Source: Octopus vulgaris (Eukaryota). Taken from it: DNA of 64,000 nucleotides. The translations under genes and the position numbers were made by a program. Shown piece after piece: positions 1 to 14,415 of this stretch (the stretch's first letter is position 1; each line of letters begins with the position of its first letter). Location: positions 25,110,001 to 25,174,000 of the forward strand of contig OX597823.1 of NCBI GenBank assembly GCA_951406725.2, read 5' to 3'. The notes below the pieces were generated by a model. It saw only the letters and a program-made list of their open reading frames with translations, was not told the DNA's origin and did no database searches.

Positions 1-517
1 GAAATTATATAGGAATAATATTCTCCTTGTTCAGTTAATGAGCTGTAACTTTGGTCATGGTTGAGAGTGAGAGTCAAATTAGTCAGAAGGCAAACAATAT
101 TTCAGTTTTTCTTTCCTATCTGTCTAAAATGGCACAAGCACTTTCATACATATATATACTCACAATGGAGTTCCCACCTTCTATATTCACCCACAAGGCT
201 TTGGTCATTTCAAGGCTATAGCGGAAGACACTTGTCCAAGATGCTGTGCAGCAGTACTGAACCTGAAACCATGTGATAGCTCTATATGTTTGCAAATTTA
301 TCACCTTGTACACACACATGTGCATTAACAGTGCTCACAGCCAAAATACATAGTAAACAATGAAATTCATTGTATGTCCTGATAAGAAGCGAAGGACTTG
401 GCTCTTAGATATTTTGGGGTATGAATGCTTGTGTGTGTATGTGCATGTGAGGGGGCATGATATATACACCCCTAATGATTTGTCTTGATTTGATATAATT
501 TTGTTTCTTTTCTTCAG

Positions 518-616
518 GAACCACTCATAGCAAATGATATATTGAATCATCGAGGATTTGTTCAGAAGAAACTCTGCAATAGATACAATGACCGAACTGT
601 TCAAAGATTCTATAAT
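518..616 (+). CDS. CACHD1: CACHD1 internal exon (first in window; gene starts upstream)
   Basis: ttcttcag|GAA...TATAAT|gtaagc; 99 nt, [33 protein letters not shown], resembling vertebrate CACHD1 EPLVANDILNH...LCN...DRTVQRFY as recalled. Confidence 0.93.
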
Positions 617-1195
617 GTAAGCTGTAAAACCTAAGTTTTGCTCTGCTCTTCATAAATAAGGAACATTCAAATCTCAAGTATTTTAAGTATTGCCACCTAT
701 GTTCACAATTATTGAAAGTTATGTATATAAGGAGAAAATTGTTACCAGATTTCACAGGAATTCATGTTGTGATTTCTTTATTTTTCATTACTTTTGTATT
801 AGTTCATAAATAAAGAAGCACAGTGGCTTCTTTATTTAGGTACTGGACTACTGAGCATATGGTGACAAGTTTGAACCTTCTACTATTCCAGAGTAAGATA
901 CACAAGTCTGCTTGCTTTAGTTAGCATAAGTATTTGAGATAATATAGGACAAGTTCACAAATTAATTAAATGTAATAATGAAATGACTTCAGGTTTGAAT
1001 TATAGTTTCTGAAAACAGAAGCAAAATCTTCAAATCACCATACCATCCTAAAAAAGGAAGAACATATTGAATAATGTGGACTAGATACAGTTTGCCTGAA
1101 AAAACAATGTTGATTAAGGCTAGATCACTTTTATTATCATTATTAACTTCTCATTAGATGAATAATTTTTCAAGTATTATTTAAAGCAGTCATTT

Positions 1196-1410
1196 CATCA
1201 TCATCATCGTTTAACGTCCGCTTTCCATGCTAGCATGGGTTGGACGGTTCGACTAGGGTCTGGGAAGCCAGGAGGCTGCGCTAGGCCCAGTCTGATCTGG
1301 CAGTGTTTCTACAGCTGGATGCCCTTCCTAACGCCAACCACTCCGTGAGTGTAGTGGGTGCTTTTTACGTGCCAGGCGAGGCTGGCAACGGCCATGATCG
1401 GTTGGTGCCA
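1196..1410 (-). mobile_element. SINE / RTE-tail-derived short retroposon with (ATG)n tail
   Basis: catcatcatcgtttaacgtccgctttccatgctagcatgggttggacgg...; near-identical copy at 9573-9802; degraded relatives near 13370, 36600-36790 and 44560-44635. Confidence 0.75.
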
Positions 1411-2166
1411 TACAATTATGTAATGGTTATAGTACAATTAATTAGAAAGGACATTGGCTTAGATGAGATGCACTCAGGTTGTAATTTATTGAGGATGAAA
1501 GTAAGAATATTTGAATAAGTTATGGGGAGAGAGAGAGAGAGATAAAAGCATGTAGAAATATATGGGCATACCCTATAATAGCATGTTACTGCATCCACCA
1601 TCTGTTGGTGACTCCCTACTCTTGGTGGATGGCACCAGTGCGCCACTCAGGCAGCAACCTTCCAATCCTTGGTGTTATTTGGATAGTCATTGCTAGTGAG
1701 GGTTTTGCAAGGTTGGAGTGCAAATCCTACCGCAACCTCTTTTAGTCAGGTCTATTTGACATGCTGGTCCCTCCATGCAAGCTAGGAAGAGACCACAAGA
1801 ACAATCCAACAATTGACTTTTTATAGATACGGTGATGTCATAGATATAAGGTGAAAGACTTAGATAGTATCAGAAAATAATGGTATGATAAAAATGAATA
1901 TAACAGTGAATGTTTTTATGACTGATCTAATTTTTGTGTGTGTAGTTGAGATTGACTGAAGTAGTGTTTCAGTAGTCAGGCTGTTGATGTACAGTAAAAG
2001 ATATTAATAACTAATATATAACATAATCACAAAATAGTAATGAAGATAAAATGAATTGTGTATGTGTTGTTATTGTTAGAGTGACTCTAAAATAAGATCT
2101 CAGTTCAAATCAGTTGATAAAGAAGTACAACTGAGAAATGTAATACTTATTTTTTTATATTTCTAG

Positions 2167-2232
2167 TTCAACACTAGTCTTGAAGGAGTCCTCACGAATT
2201 TGGTCCATGGAGAACATTGTGCTCGTTACCAG
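2167..2232 (+). CDS. CACHD1: CACHD1 exon
   Basis: ttctag|TTC...TACCAG|gtatgt; 66 nt, FNTSLEGVLTNLVHGEHCARYQ; phase 0/0. Confidence 0.93.
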
Positions 2233-5200
2233 GTATGTAAATATATTTATAATTGAGTGAAAGAATAAAGTTAAAATTTGATTGTGTGTATGTGTATCAT
2301 CAGTGTATTAATATCCACTTTCTCACACCTGCATGGGTCAGATGGAGTTTATTGAGGCAGATTTTCTCTGGCTGGATGCTGTTTCTTGTTGCCAGCAAAA
2401 TATTGAGAATGAATGACACTGCTTGCATGACAATAGCAATAATTTATAACTATCATGATATCAAAACAAGGAGACACAAATGCATGTCCGTACACACACA
2501 TACATGACAGACTTGTTTCAGTTTCTCTCTATTTGATCCACTTTGGGCAGCCCAGAGCTATAGCAGAAGACATTTGTTCAAGGTATCACACCATGGGACT
2601 GAACCTGAAACTATGTTGTTGGGAAGTAAACTTTGAGCTTATTGTATAGTGTTCAGGGGTATTACAACTCATTAGAAAAGGATAAAGGAAGGGACAGAAA
2701 GCCACAATAAATCGAGTAAAGACAGACAGCTATGGTAGCCCAAAGTGCATGCATGATACACACAATAAAACACAAAAGGGCATGAAAGTGAATAGTAAAA
2801 GAGCCATAAAGAGGAAAGGGTGTATAGGTATATCAGGAGAGTGTTGATGAATTTGTGGAAGCATGGAATTTTTCAAGGATGCCATGTATTTTAGAAAGCC
2901 TTTGAATGACTGACAAAAGTCTTACTTGAGTGATGCTAAGATGCCTTTAAAGCAGTTATATAAAAGCATCAAGTATATTATGTGAACCTGAAAGTATCAT
3001 GAACTTTGGTATATATGTACAGACACATAGTTATTGGATCTTGAGAGGAATTTCCTTGATCTCCACAAAGATGGAATGTATGTGGGCAGTGGCCATAATA
3101 TACACCTGTGAAGATGAATTTTGATTAATTATTTGATCTGCCCATTTAATGTTTTAAACAACATAAGAGAGAGAAGCCTCTTTGCTAGAAATATCAACCA
3201 TATCCCCAAATCGCACCCTCTTGTCTTAAATGGAAGGACATATGGGATATTTGTTGTTCTAGATATATTATTTGAATAAAATAAGAAATATCTGATCATA
3301 GGTTTGTTCCATATGGGCTGCCCTGGGTCTAAACATCTAAGTTCTAAAAGGAAGTATTACTTTACAGGCATCTTGCAGCAAATTTTCCTCAGTAAATTCC
3401 TTCTGACCCATGTAAGATGGAAAAGTAGACATTGAATGATGAAGCGTCCCACATTAAACATTACTTCAGTTGTTTTAATACTTTAGTCATTAAATATGTT
3501 TTCACCTAAAAGAACTGATTTTTATGATTTGTTTATTGCTAGTCAATATTATTGGGGATTTGTGGCTTCCTATGAGTTTCAACTTTCGGAACTACAGTTG
3601 AACTTTAAATTAACTGTTATATCCTTAATTAAGTCTCTAGCACTATACTTGAATGTATGGCTAAAACAAAAACTGATCAGCAGTATTTATGGCAATATAA
3701 TTCAGTATTTCAGAGGTTTGGGTTCCTTTTTTATTATAATTAGCTTGATGACAATGTAGAATAGAGAGAATGTTTTAGTCTCATAGTGGACAAGATAATT
3801 TCTTACTAGTGCTGGTGCCATGATAAGAATTACATTGTGATGTGGTTGGCAAACAAACCGTGACAATGTAGCATAACACAGACGTTTTGATTGTTATAGG
3901 GACAATGCAACCTCTCTAGTGTTGTTGTCTTGATAAAATGCATCTGGTACACTTTGGCAAGTGGTTGGTGAATGAATGGAAAGAACATAGGGCAAAGTGG
4001 GATGTTTAGTTTTTCTAGGGATGTGACATCCTCTCTTTCTAGGTACTGTGATAAAATGTAACCAGTACATTCTGTAAAGCAATTTATATTAGCAAGGGCA
4101 TCACACTGTAGAAATCATACCAGGAATGAAATGTTTAAATATGATCATCCTATGACCTGTCTAGGAAAGCAGTAACTCTGAATAAGAATTGATTTAGATC
4201 TTAACAACCTATCCAACCCATGTCAGCATGGAACATTAGATCTAAAATGATAATGACAACAGTATGTTAAATATGTAGTCAAGTAAAAGATGTGACAGTA
4301 AAATTATTGGTAAAGTAAGATTTATGAAAAGAAACTAGCTCAAAATGTAGATATGTGTAGGTGTGTATGTTTGTACTGATATATATTTGTGTAGTTTATG
4401 TGTATATATGTTTGTGAAGATATATATATGTGTAATTTATCCGTGTTTGTACAGATACATATGTTTAGAGATTGTGTGTAAATGTTACTGAGTACATGTA
4501 TGCAGGTGTTTGTGGGTATGATGCATTGTTCTGATTGTGTATGTGAGAAGTTATATCTTTGACCTGTTAAGCTTTAAGACTCATATCATACTCTTGTTAC
4601 CATTGAGATATCTTGTGATCAGTCCTTAAAATGTTTAAGCAATTGATTTTGATCACTCTTTTCTTTTACTCCTTTGCACTGTATAAGCATGTAGTTGTAT
4701 ACATGGGTATATATGCATATGCACATACAAATTTTGTATACATACTGAGACTGTTTCATGTTTTGTTGCATGTGCACATGTTCAAAATCAACTGCCCTAT
4801 AAAATTGTTACATAGGATAGTACGCTAGGACCTAGTTTCTGGTGCCACAACAAAAGGTACCCTGTTGAAATGGTAACCTACTTCCACCTACTTCCTAGAT
4901 CATATGTGCATTTACATACATAACCATTAATGTCCTTACTTCACCTATGTGATAGAGTTGTAGAACTTGTTATATGTATGTCTAGGTAACTGTGTCATTA
5001 AGTCCACACATAGTTTTGCATAGGTAGGTGGATGGGTACTGGAGTGTACAGGCTGTTTTGAGTACCTGTGGTCAAGGGAAACTCAGGAATGCACAGCAAA
5101 AAGTGTTGAGGTCAAGTATTTATATATTAAGGCACACAAATAAAATTACCAAAGGTCAATATAAGTAGTGATATGCTGTATAGAAAATATGTTCAACACA

Positions 5201-5513
5201 TAACATGTGAGAGTGATGACAGGAGCAGGAAAGAAGCTATGTTGTACCTACTGTCTTAACTGAAATGACACTACAGTACCTAAATAAAAGAGTGGATGGT
5301 TACAGCTGTACCATCTTTGATTACAAGACTGTTAGATTAATGGCCACGCTGAATTCCCTCCATTGTCTACCTTCACGTCAAATATTGAATATGTTATGGT
5401 TTTTAATCATATTCTTTTCTTGAAAATAGTTTGATTTATTTTAGTTTTTACATTTTATTTGTACTGTTTATTATATGTGTTATATTTGTTGTAACTTTTT
5501 TTTATATATATAG

Positions 5514-5600
5514 ATAACACAAATTCCTGGCACAAATGCTTTCCTTGGAATAGTCAACCATACTTGTGACACAGCAACTGCTTTCTGTCCTTGCAGCATG
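5514..5600 (+). CDS. CACHD1: CACHD1 exon
   Basis: tatag|ATA...AGCATG|gtgagt; 87 nt, [29 protein letters not shown]. Confidence 0.93.
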
Positions 5601-7145
5601 GTGAGTAAATATGAACAATAAATCCCCAAGTATTCAAGTTCTTTCTGGTAAACTGTATTATTGTAGGCTGTCGAATTGTAATGACCAAGTAGATATCATA
5701 CTGGACTACTGACCTGTAGTTCAAGTTCATCATGTATTTGAACAATACACTTAATTGTACATTAACTGCAGCTGATTTAACAAATGGTAAAAAAGATATT
5801 AGTAGATTATCTTAGAATGTTACTGTTACAGGTGATAAAATGTTATGTAGAATGGTATGAAATAGTTATTTTTTACCATGTTAACCCAATGACAGTGCTG
5901 AGGTGTAACTTTTAAAAGTCCCCTTAAGCTTGTGGAAACATTGATATTTTGCATGGCTTTCAATAAAACATAAGAGAAATGGCAAAGTTGACATAGTATT
6001 GGATTTACTAAATTATATGTCTTCAATTCAAATTCATTGGGTAGTAGTCTTAATCTGTCACCCAGTTAAATACTACCACCTGTGTGCTTTTAGTGGAGTT
6101 CACTCTGTTGCAAATATCCAGAGTAGGTCTCCAGTCTGAAGATAATTTACTTCATTCCTCTAATGGTGTACATGAAAATAAGTCTGCAGATTATTATGTT
6201 TCATAACCAGATGGGCAAGGCAGTAACCGTCCATGCCTCTTTTATGGGCCTCCAAGTTTGTTGAGAGGTAGGGAAGGAGTTATCTTCTACCAGCAATCTA
6301 GTCCAGATGCTTGCAACATTGGATTCCATTAAAGGCATCCAAGGTAACAAGTGATGGTATTGTTTCACTGTGTGAGATGCCTGTGCACTGAGTTGGGCTG
6401 TGATAGCTGTAAAAATCTTATAAGCTACAATAATGGTTGTTGGTACTGCTATCTGTTGGTGATTAAGTATATCTGCTGATATAGCAGCATGATGCATGGT
6501 TGAGAAGAATTAATTAATTTGGCTGACAAATACATTCATGAGTGTAAGTTTGTATTGCTGGCATGCCATGAATGTAGTTTACTCTATTACATGAGAAACT
6601 GGGACGGGTGTTTTTTTGTTAGATAATATATTTTTATTCTTTAATGGTTGCTCTTGCTACCACTAACCATCCAAATATAGGAGCAAAATCACTTTGTGTT
6701 CCTTTCTCAGGAACAACCCAATGGCTCTTCTACAATTTGAATCAATGGACCTGTCATTATTATAAAATATTTTCTGTTGCCATCTCAACTCAAGTTACAG
6801 TTTCTATTCAGACCATTACATTCTATACCACTTAGACATACTTAATCCAGTTATCTCTTCTTTATTTACTCTCTCTATTGTTTTACTCTGAGCACAAACT
6901 CAGTACTCTACTTTGTCTCCTCTCTACAGCTACAATTTCTGCAAGTTGTAGTTGAACATTAATCATATCATCTTTGTTTGTTTGAAGAAGTCTACAAATG
7001 TTATGGGCAGTGACCCTCATCTTCACCTGAGAGAATTTAACTGACAATATTTATATAACCTTTAATAGGCTCTTTGTCCTATAAATTCCATTATTCAACT
7101 AACAATTCTTCTCTTTTAACAATATTTCTGTTTATTCATTTGTAG

Positions 7146-7261
7146 ATTGACCGTCTGTGTCTCAATTGTCATCGAATGGAGCAAAGTGAATGCGAGTGTC
7201 CTTGTGAATGTCCCCTTGAAATGAACTTCTGTACTGGAGGCTTGTTACAAGAAGACGACAA
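7146..7261 (+). CDS. CACHD1: CACHD1 exon (Cys-rich)
   Basis: tgtag|ATT...GACAA|gtgagt; 116 nt, IDRLCLNCHRMEQSECECPCECPLEMNFCTGGLLQEDD, ends phase 2. Confidence 0.95.
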
Positions 7262-7483
7262 GTGAGTTTGATATTTTCCGTCTATAGAGTATTATGATTT
7301 TTAAATATTATTTTATGTGTGTATGTGTGCTTGTGTATGTATATATATATATATATATATATATTCTTGTTCAAAAATGATAAATCTCTACTCTACAAAA
7401 GTATAGAGTAACCCTTCACGTCAATGTAGAATTGTTTTTATTATAACTGAACATAAAGACAAACATTAATATGTATGTTTATA

Positions 7484-7517
<34 letters not shown>

Positions 7518-7608
7518 CACACGTATACACACATATGGTTACGTGTATATATATTTATGTATGTGTGTATATATATATACACACACATATATAAACACTG
7601 AAGATAAA

Positions 7609-7639
<31 letters not shown>

Positions 7640-8039
7640 TATAAAAAATAAAAAAATATATATAGAAGGACCTGCCTAGAAAAAGTTATATAAAAATCAA
7701 CTAAAGTTGGGGATTAAGTTGAATTATTAAAGCATCAATTGAGTAAAAAATTTACCTATCAATTAAAAATGTTTCAAAATAACCAGTTCTTTAAAATTAA
7801 GCAATCTAAGAGAGTTCCAAAACAGGTAAATCAAAATCCACATCTATGGCCATTTTGGGAGTTCAGTGACTCCTCTTCAGGATGAACAGAACTCTCTAGG
7901 AATTTCACAGTCAAGTAATTGACAAGAATTACAATATTGGCACAATTCTTATTTATAACCTTCAGCATGACCTGTGCAAAATTCCTAACTACAAAAAAAA
8001 AACAAAAAAAACACACACACAAAAGAAAAAAATGCTATA

Positions 8040-8428
8040 TACTCTCTTTTATTTGTTTCAATCATTTGACTGCGGCCATCCTGGAGCACTGCCTTTAGTC
8101 GAGCAAATCAACCCCAGGGCTTATTCTTTATAAGCCTAGTACTTATTCTATCGCTCGCTTTTGCCAAACCGCTAGGTTACAGGGACATAAACACACCAGC
8201 ATTGGTTGTCAAGCGATGTTGTGGGGACAAATACAGACATACAAACACAAACACATATATATATATACATATATATATACGACAGGCTTCTTTCAGTTTC
8301 CGTCTACCAAATCCACTCACAAGGCTTTGGTCAGCCTGAGGCTATAGTAGAAGACACTTGCCCAAGGTGCCACACAGTGGGACTGAACCCAGAACCATGT
8401 GGTTGGCAAGCAAGCCACTCCTGCGCCT
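8040..8428 (-). mobile_element. tRNA-derived SINE (octopus-type)
   Basis: Minus strand reads ggcgcaggagtggc...ggttcagtcccactgtgtggcaccttgggcaagtgtcttctactatagcc (Pol III A/B-box-like head); partial copies near 140-275, 2500-2640, 11500-11770, 13570-13740, 20880-21045 and 35840-35990. Confidence 0.75.
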
Positions 8429-9492
8429 AAAGAAATTATATTTTATTTTATGGCTAACCAGGTAGGTGGCTGCTATTCATAGGAATTCGTCTATCTGGTT
8501 TTGAAACTCAGTAAGCAAACTAAATATTATCTACCACATCTAGCTTTCTATATATGTTCAGAAAAGTAGAGGAAAACTTTTGGTTGCAGAAAGGGATCAC
8601 CTCTATAAATTTATTTGATGTTTTTCTCCCAAAGGACCTAAGGATGGCAAGAGATTCCCACATACATAAGTTACTCTTGTTAATATTAACACTAATTTAA
8701 GGGTCCCTTGAAATTATGACCATTCAAGAAAGTAACTTTTATCATTCCCCTTTAAACCATGTACATAAGAGACAAGTGTAGTGGAGTTGTAATATTTTTC
8801 GTTTGAAAATGAATTCATGTGGGCCCTGTACCTCACCTTAGAATTGACAGTACTGCCTATATAACCCCTATCCAAACTGTCCTCCTCTCAAACTACACAT
8901 TTATAAATTACATTTGTAATCAAACAGAACCCATAAAGGGGATATAACCTAGGGTTTCTGAAATTACAGGATTTACTAGAACCACCTTTATCCCTATTAC
9001 TGATACTAACATTATTTATCTGATTTCCTGCATTCTTCCTCTTGGATATCCTATTAATGGAGGTCGGTAATGCCGGTGAATGTAGATGGCTAGTAACACT
9101 AACCTTGGGCTTATTAGAGCTTACCAGCCCAATACCAGAGTTTCCAACAGAGGAATACTTCCAGTGCTCTTGCCCACTTAATTTGCTTCTATTAATAGAT
9201 GCAATAATGGAGTCCAAATTTAGCATTACCAAGTAAGAAAATTTAATGGAGGATTTGTTGCAGATAACACATAAGTGTCCTACTTATGATTCTTCGAGAA
9301 ATTCTTCTTCAGAATCTGGGAAGAACCAGATGACTTCCCACTTTGCTTGCAATATCTATTTCTAAAATCTCTTTATACGTATCTAATGGATGGCTTACAT
9401 TGGTTGCAATCAATTAATGCATTGTGCTTCTTGAGACTTCCTGTGACATGGTCAGATGGTAGACCAGTCAGCTTGTTCTTAAGTCTCGTGTT

Positions 9493-9494
<2 letters not shown>

Positions 9495-9560
<66 letters not shown>

Positions 9561-9572
9561 ATACATATATAT
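9495..9572. repeat. (TA)n microsatellite; others at ~7340, 7495-7635, 12027-12097, 12330, 25015, 29790-29842 and 49475-49523
   Basis: Directly visible. Confidence 0.95.
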
Positions 9573-9802
9573 ATCATCATCATCGTTTAACGTCCGTTCT
9601 CCATGCTAGCATGGGTTGGACGGTTCGACCAGGGATCTGGGAAGCCAGAAGGCTGCACCAGGCTCCAGTCCTTTTTGGCAATGTTTCTACAGCTGGATGC
9701 CCTTCCTAATGCCAACCACTCCGTGAGTGTAGTGGGTGCTTTTTACGTGCCACCCGCACAGGTGCCAGGCGAGGCTGGCAACGGCCATGGTCGGATTGGT
9801 GC
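9573..9802 (-). mobile_element. SINE inserted next to the Penelope-like fragment
   Basis: Same sequence as 1196-1410, preceded by a long (TA)n. Confidence 0.75.
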
Positions 9803-10610
9803 ATATAAGATTTGTTTTGAAGCTGCTTAAAATTAGAGCATTGTTATATACTGATGCATGTTGATTAAAAATCTCTTTGTTTGCAGATGAATTAGATATT
9901 CTGATTGAAATGGCAGTAACGATGCTATCAGTAGTAGATTTTGGATGATTGGAAGAGAGATTGATATATGAAATGGATTTATTTGGCTTACAAAATGGGT
10001 AGTATAAACTCGTATCCAAATTCAAAGTAATATCCAAGAAATTCACCACTCTACAGTTAACATCAAAAGTAATGTTAAAAAAACTTTTCAGAAACTTCTC
10101 AAAGATTTCTTTAATCAATTCAACACAGCTTTAGACTGGCCACTTGCTGGACTGGCTAGAATTGCACCATCCAGATATAATTCCCCAGTAAGAATGGGTA
10201 AGCTATCGCTAATCTGCGAAAGGAGATGCACACACTGAGTTGGTCACTTGTGGTGAATCTGAAGACCCCATAGTAATATCAATGAAATTGGTAGTGTCAG
10301 CTCTCCTCCAATTATGCTTGTTGAAGGAGATGAGGGTCTCCCTTGCTGCTAAAATGACATCAGTATCTGAACTAGAGATATTCACAAATTTCCAAGCGTA
10401 AATCAAAGCTTTATTTAGCAATATAGGGGAAATGGTGTTGCAGTGATTCAAAATATCGAATTGGATAAAGTCTAAATTAGAGCTATCAGTAAGAGAGTCA
10501 AAGCATAAGATAACATCCCTTGTAGATTTCCATAAGGGAAGCTGAACCTTATCCCGAACGATGGGAATAATCTGATAGAATTTTTCTATCTGGTAAAATA
10601 AGATCCAGTG
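9803..10610 (-). mobile_element. Penelope-like element (PLE) reverse transcriptase fragment, decayed
   Basis: ORF 10209-10649 has FIQFDI...ISPILLNKAL...ARETLISF...DITMGSSDS; ORF 9687-10118 has VNFLDITLNL...YPFCKPN...YINLSSNHP...AISIRISNSS...YNNAL; these are PLE RT core and thumb motifs. Confidence 0.85.
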
Positions 10611-10743
10611 AAACATTGTGGTCACTGTAATTAACTTCCTCCCTCCCACAAAATTTCAGGCCTTGTGTCTATAGTAGAAAGGATTATTATTATTATATAC
10701 CTTTGCATGCATGTACATGTTTGTACGATTGCACACACACACG

Positions 10744-10777
<34 letters not shown>

Positions 10778-12018
10778 AGCCGACAGGTATTTAAATGTGT
10801 ATATTCATTTATGCACACTTGCTAATATATATGAGTTTGTATTAATGTCTTATAGGTGTAATATGTATATATAGTTATCTGTATATTGTGCATGTATTAT
10901 GTGTTAATGTATATATCGTTGCTATTATGCAAAAGTGTCATAAGTCCAAAATGTTGCTTTTTCAGAAAATGAAAAAAATAAAAACTAGTTTCACCATTCC
11001 ATTTCTTTTTACATTAGCAACAGTTTCAGCTTAACAATACTTTGCTGAGTGCTTAAAATCATTCATGTATGATATTTTCAGTCAGAAATACTTTTGCAAA
11101 GCTGTTGTATGTGGTACTTCCTACACTATCGAAAATGCTAAACTGTAAACTGTTGTACTATACTTTGACAATTTTCATATCTTGGTATCTGAAGCAGCTG
11201 AAGATACAATAGTTTGTCCAAAAGAAATGATTTTCGCAAGCAAAATTAAATATTGAAAACAACGCATTTGGCCAAATTTGGACACATGACAGTTTAACAT
11301 AGTAGCAATGATATATATTCACATACATACATGTCTATATGTATGTATATGCATCTGTGTATGTATACTTGTTTAGTCATATATGAACGTGTGTGCAAAA
11401 TCGATCTACTTTTGTTTTGTCTTCCCCATTCCATAAAAATTAAGATACAGTTAACCATTTCATCTGGGAGTGTGATTGTGTGTATCTTTTTTGTCTTGTT
11501 GCCATCATTAGATTATGGCCATGCTCGGGCACCGACTTGATGAATTCTTAGCTGAATGAATTGACCCCAGTATTAATTTTTTGTTTTCATTTATGCCTGA
11601 TATTTATCCTATCAGTCACTTTTGCTAAACCACTAAGTTATGGGGGCATAAACACACCAACACTGTTTGTCAAGTGATGGTGGGGGACAAACACAAAGAC
11701 ACTTGCCCAAGGTGCCATGCAGTGAGATTGTACATGGTACCATGTGATTGGGAAGCAAACTTTGTGCCACACATGTATATATGGATGTTTAGGTGCAAGC
11801 ACATATTCACATATATACACACATACATACATATCCATGTTGGACCGTTGAACTCTGCACATGTTTTTCTCTCTCCGTTTTTTCCTCTTAATCCTTTCTA
11901 TTGAAGAGCGTAGGCTTCAAACATAAAAGACTTTTCCATTTTTCTCGAGCGTTAACCTAATACACCTACTTGTATTTTCTACACCTGTCTTCATCTTTTG
12001 TTTTCTGTAAACTTGAAC

Positions 12019-12098
<80 letters not shown>

Positions 12099-12307
12099 TG
12101 GGTGTGAGACAATATACTCATTTTTTATTTTATTTATTCTGTACATAAGTGTGCTAGTGTGTGTATACACGTGGGAATTTTTGTGTATATTCCCATACAT
12201 CTGAATATGTATGTGTGTGTGTGTGTGTGTCTATTTGTGTCTGTGCATATTTATGTATGTATATAACCGTGTATGTATATGTATTTAGATATACTTATAC
12301 ACCTATA

Positions 12308-12358
<51 letters not shown>

Positions 12359-12789
12359 TTGTTTCACTTCATAAATGTGTGAATCCATAATCATGCACAT
12401 ACAAGCATGAATGTATATATGTATACGTATTTATAGACTGTATTTATTATTCACTGGCACTCTCATCTTTATGTGAGTGTAAGTAAGCACAAATTTTCCT
12501 CATTTGTTTATTTATTGAACAGCATAACGGGCAAAATATTTGAAAAATACAAATTATCAGTGTGACATTGTAATTGATTTCATAATTGTTCCAGAGGTAT
12601 CCAGGGAAATACCATTATCACCAGGATATGAATTTACAACTCCTTGAATTGTAGTTAGTTTGATAAGTGCTAATGCATGAAACTCTTAGCCCTTGAGTTA
12701 CTCTGTTGCTTCTGCTAAATATTTTAAAAAATTATGTGTTTTTTTAGCTCTCTTTTTCCTGTTAGTATCACCAAACTAATGTTCATCCA

Positions 12790-13080
12790 TGTTCTCTGTC
12801 CTCTTTTCCTGGGTGGGTCATAGGAGTAGAGTCCTAAGTACTTCTTCCATAGGATCATGTCAGAAGCAACCATCATTAGACTTTCTGGCTGGATTCCCAA
12901 GCTGATGAGGCTATGAATATTATCCAACCATCTCATTCTTGATCTTACCTAGATCTCTGCTGGTTGGCATGGCCTGAGGTTTCCATCTTGCGATTCTTTC
13001 CTGTGACATTCTAATCACATATCCATAGTACCATAGCTGTGACCTCTCAATACAGAGAAGTAATGGCTCAGCCTAGAGGA
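12790..13080 (-). mobile_element. RTE-type LINE 3' fragment, degraded
   Basis: Minus translation gives QLWYYGYV...RM and ...RMRWLDNI...W, typical of the RTE ORF2 C-terminus. Confidence 0.5.
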
Positions 13081-14415
13081 ACTTAATGATATATAACATC
13101 TATTTTTTGTGTGTGTGGGTGTGCTTAAGTATAAACAATTCACATATGTATATATTGGCCTATGCTGTAAACAATTTGATAAGAGGTGCATCTAGCTATT
13201 ATAACCATTCCAAAAAGAAGGATCGACAGAGGAAACCTGGAATCCCCAAAGAGCAAAAATTGGCAGTTTCTTCTGTTACAAGTGTTAAGATATTGTCAGA
13301 CTAATCCAACTCATGCAAGCATAAAAGAAGTGGATGTAAAATGATGAGGATGTGCCTGTGTGTGTTATATAATCATCATCATTTTAACATCACTTGTCCA
13401 TGGTTGCATGTGTCAGATGAGTGTTAAAGCAGATTTTCCTATGGTTGGATGCTTTTCTTGTCATCAATCCTCACCTTCCAGTAATTGGACATGTTTTCCT
13501 GGATGGATTGTAAACAAATGGTATCGTTTGTGTTTGCAATTAGTATGCACTTATCAGGACAAGGCTAACTCATACACACACAACAGACTTCTACTTTCCA
13601 TCTACCAAATTTCACTCATAAGGCTTTGGTCAATCTACAGCTATAATATAAGACAACAGTTGAGGGTTGATGCTGTGGGAGTGAGACCTGAGCCATGTGG
13701 TTTTGAAGCAAACTTGTTTACTGTATGGCCATGCCTGCATCTATCTATCTATCTATCTGTCTGTCTGTCTGTCTCTCTTTAATTTTTGCTGTTTAATCAA
13801 CTGAACTAACAGGCCCAAGGAATTAGCATGTAAATGGCTGAATATTCCAAAGGACACATGTATCCTTAATGTAATTCTCATATGGAATTAGTGTGGCAAG
13901 GCTGGGCTTTTGAATTACTAATCCAGTTTACTTGACAATCATTTTTGTATGCGTGCCTGTGTGTGTATGTATGTATATATATATATAAAATGGTAAACAG
14001 TTCAATAACCAGTGTGATCAATAAATGAAAACCTGTTGTTTTGCCACTGCATTACATCCATTTTCTCAGGGAAAGGTTGATTTCTTTGTGTTGGCTTTTA
14101 CAACTGAATAATCTTTGTACTGTTAACCACTCAGCTGTAAAGTGGAGCATAAGAGTTTTTCTCTTCCTTTCCTCCTGGTTCGATCCAATAAATTATCAGT
14201 TTAATTATTCTAGAAGGAAAATGTGTTATGCCTCTTCAAAATCTCTCTCTCCAAATATAAAACTTATTTAAATATATTTATAATCATGAGACTCCTCACA
14301 TGTGTTTGTATGTAGTGTATGTACATTAAAACTACTGTACACTCTGAAGATGAAGTGTATAAACAAAAACTAACATAGCTGTACTTCACTGGTTTCACTC
14401 TTTCTTGTATTTCAG

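Noticed and set aside
6000-6900. Possible LINE remnant (ORF 6201-6497)
   Set aside because: Too degraded; no diagnostic motif identifiable by eye.
8330-8428. tRNA-like A/B boxes
   Set aside because: SINE head; no complete cloverleaf, so no tRNA gene called.
11893-11930. Hammerhead-like remnant (CTTT CTATTGA AGAGC GTAG GCTTC AAA CATA AAAG) in a repeat
   Set aside because: Core boxes deviate from CUGANGA and GAAA at several positions; at most a dead copy.
11991-12382. ORFs with YIYIYI / CVCVCV / ERERER runs (also 9347, 29684, 49335, 54527)
   Set aside because: Translations of (TA)n, (TG)n and (GA)n microsatellites.
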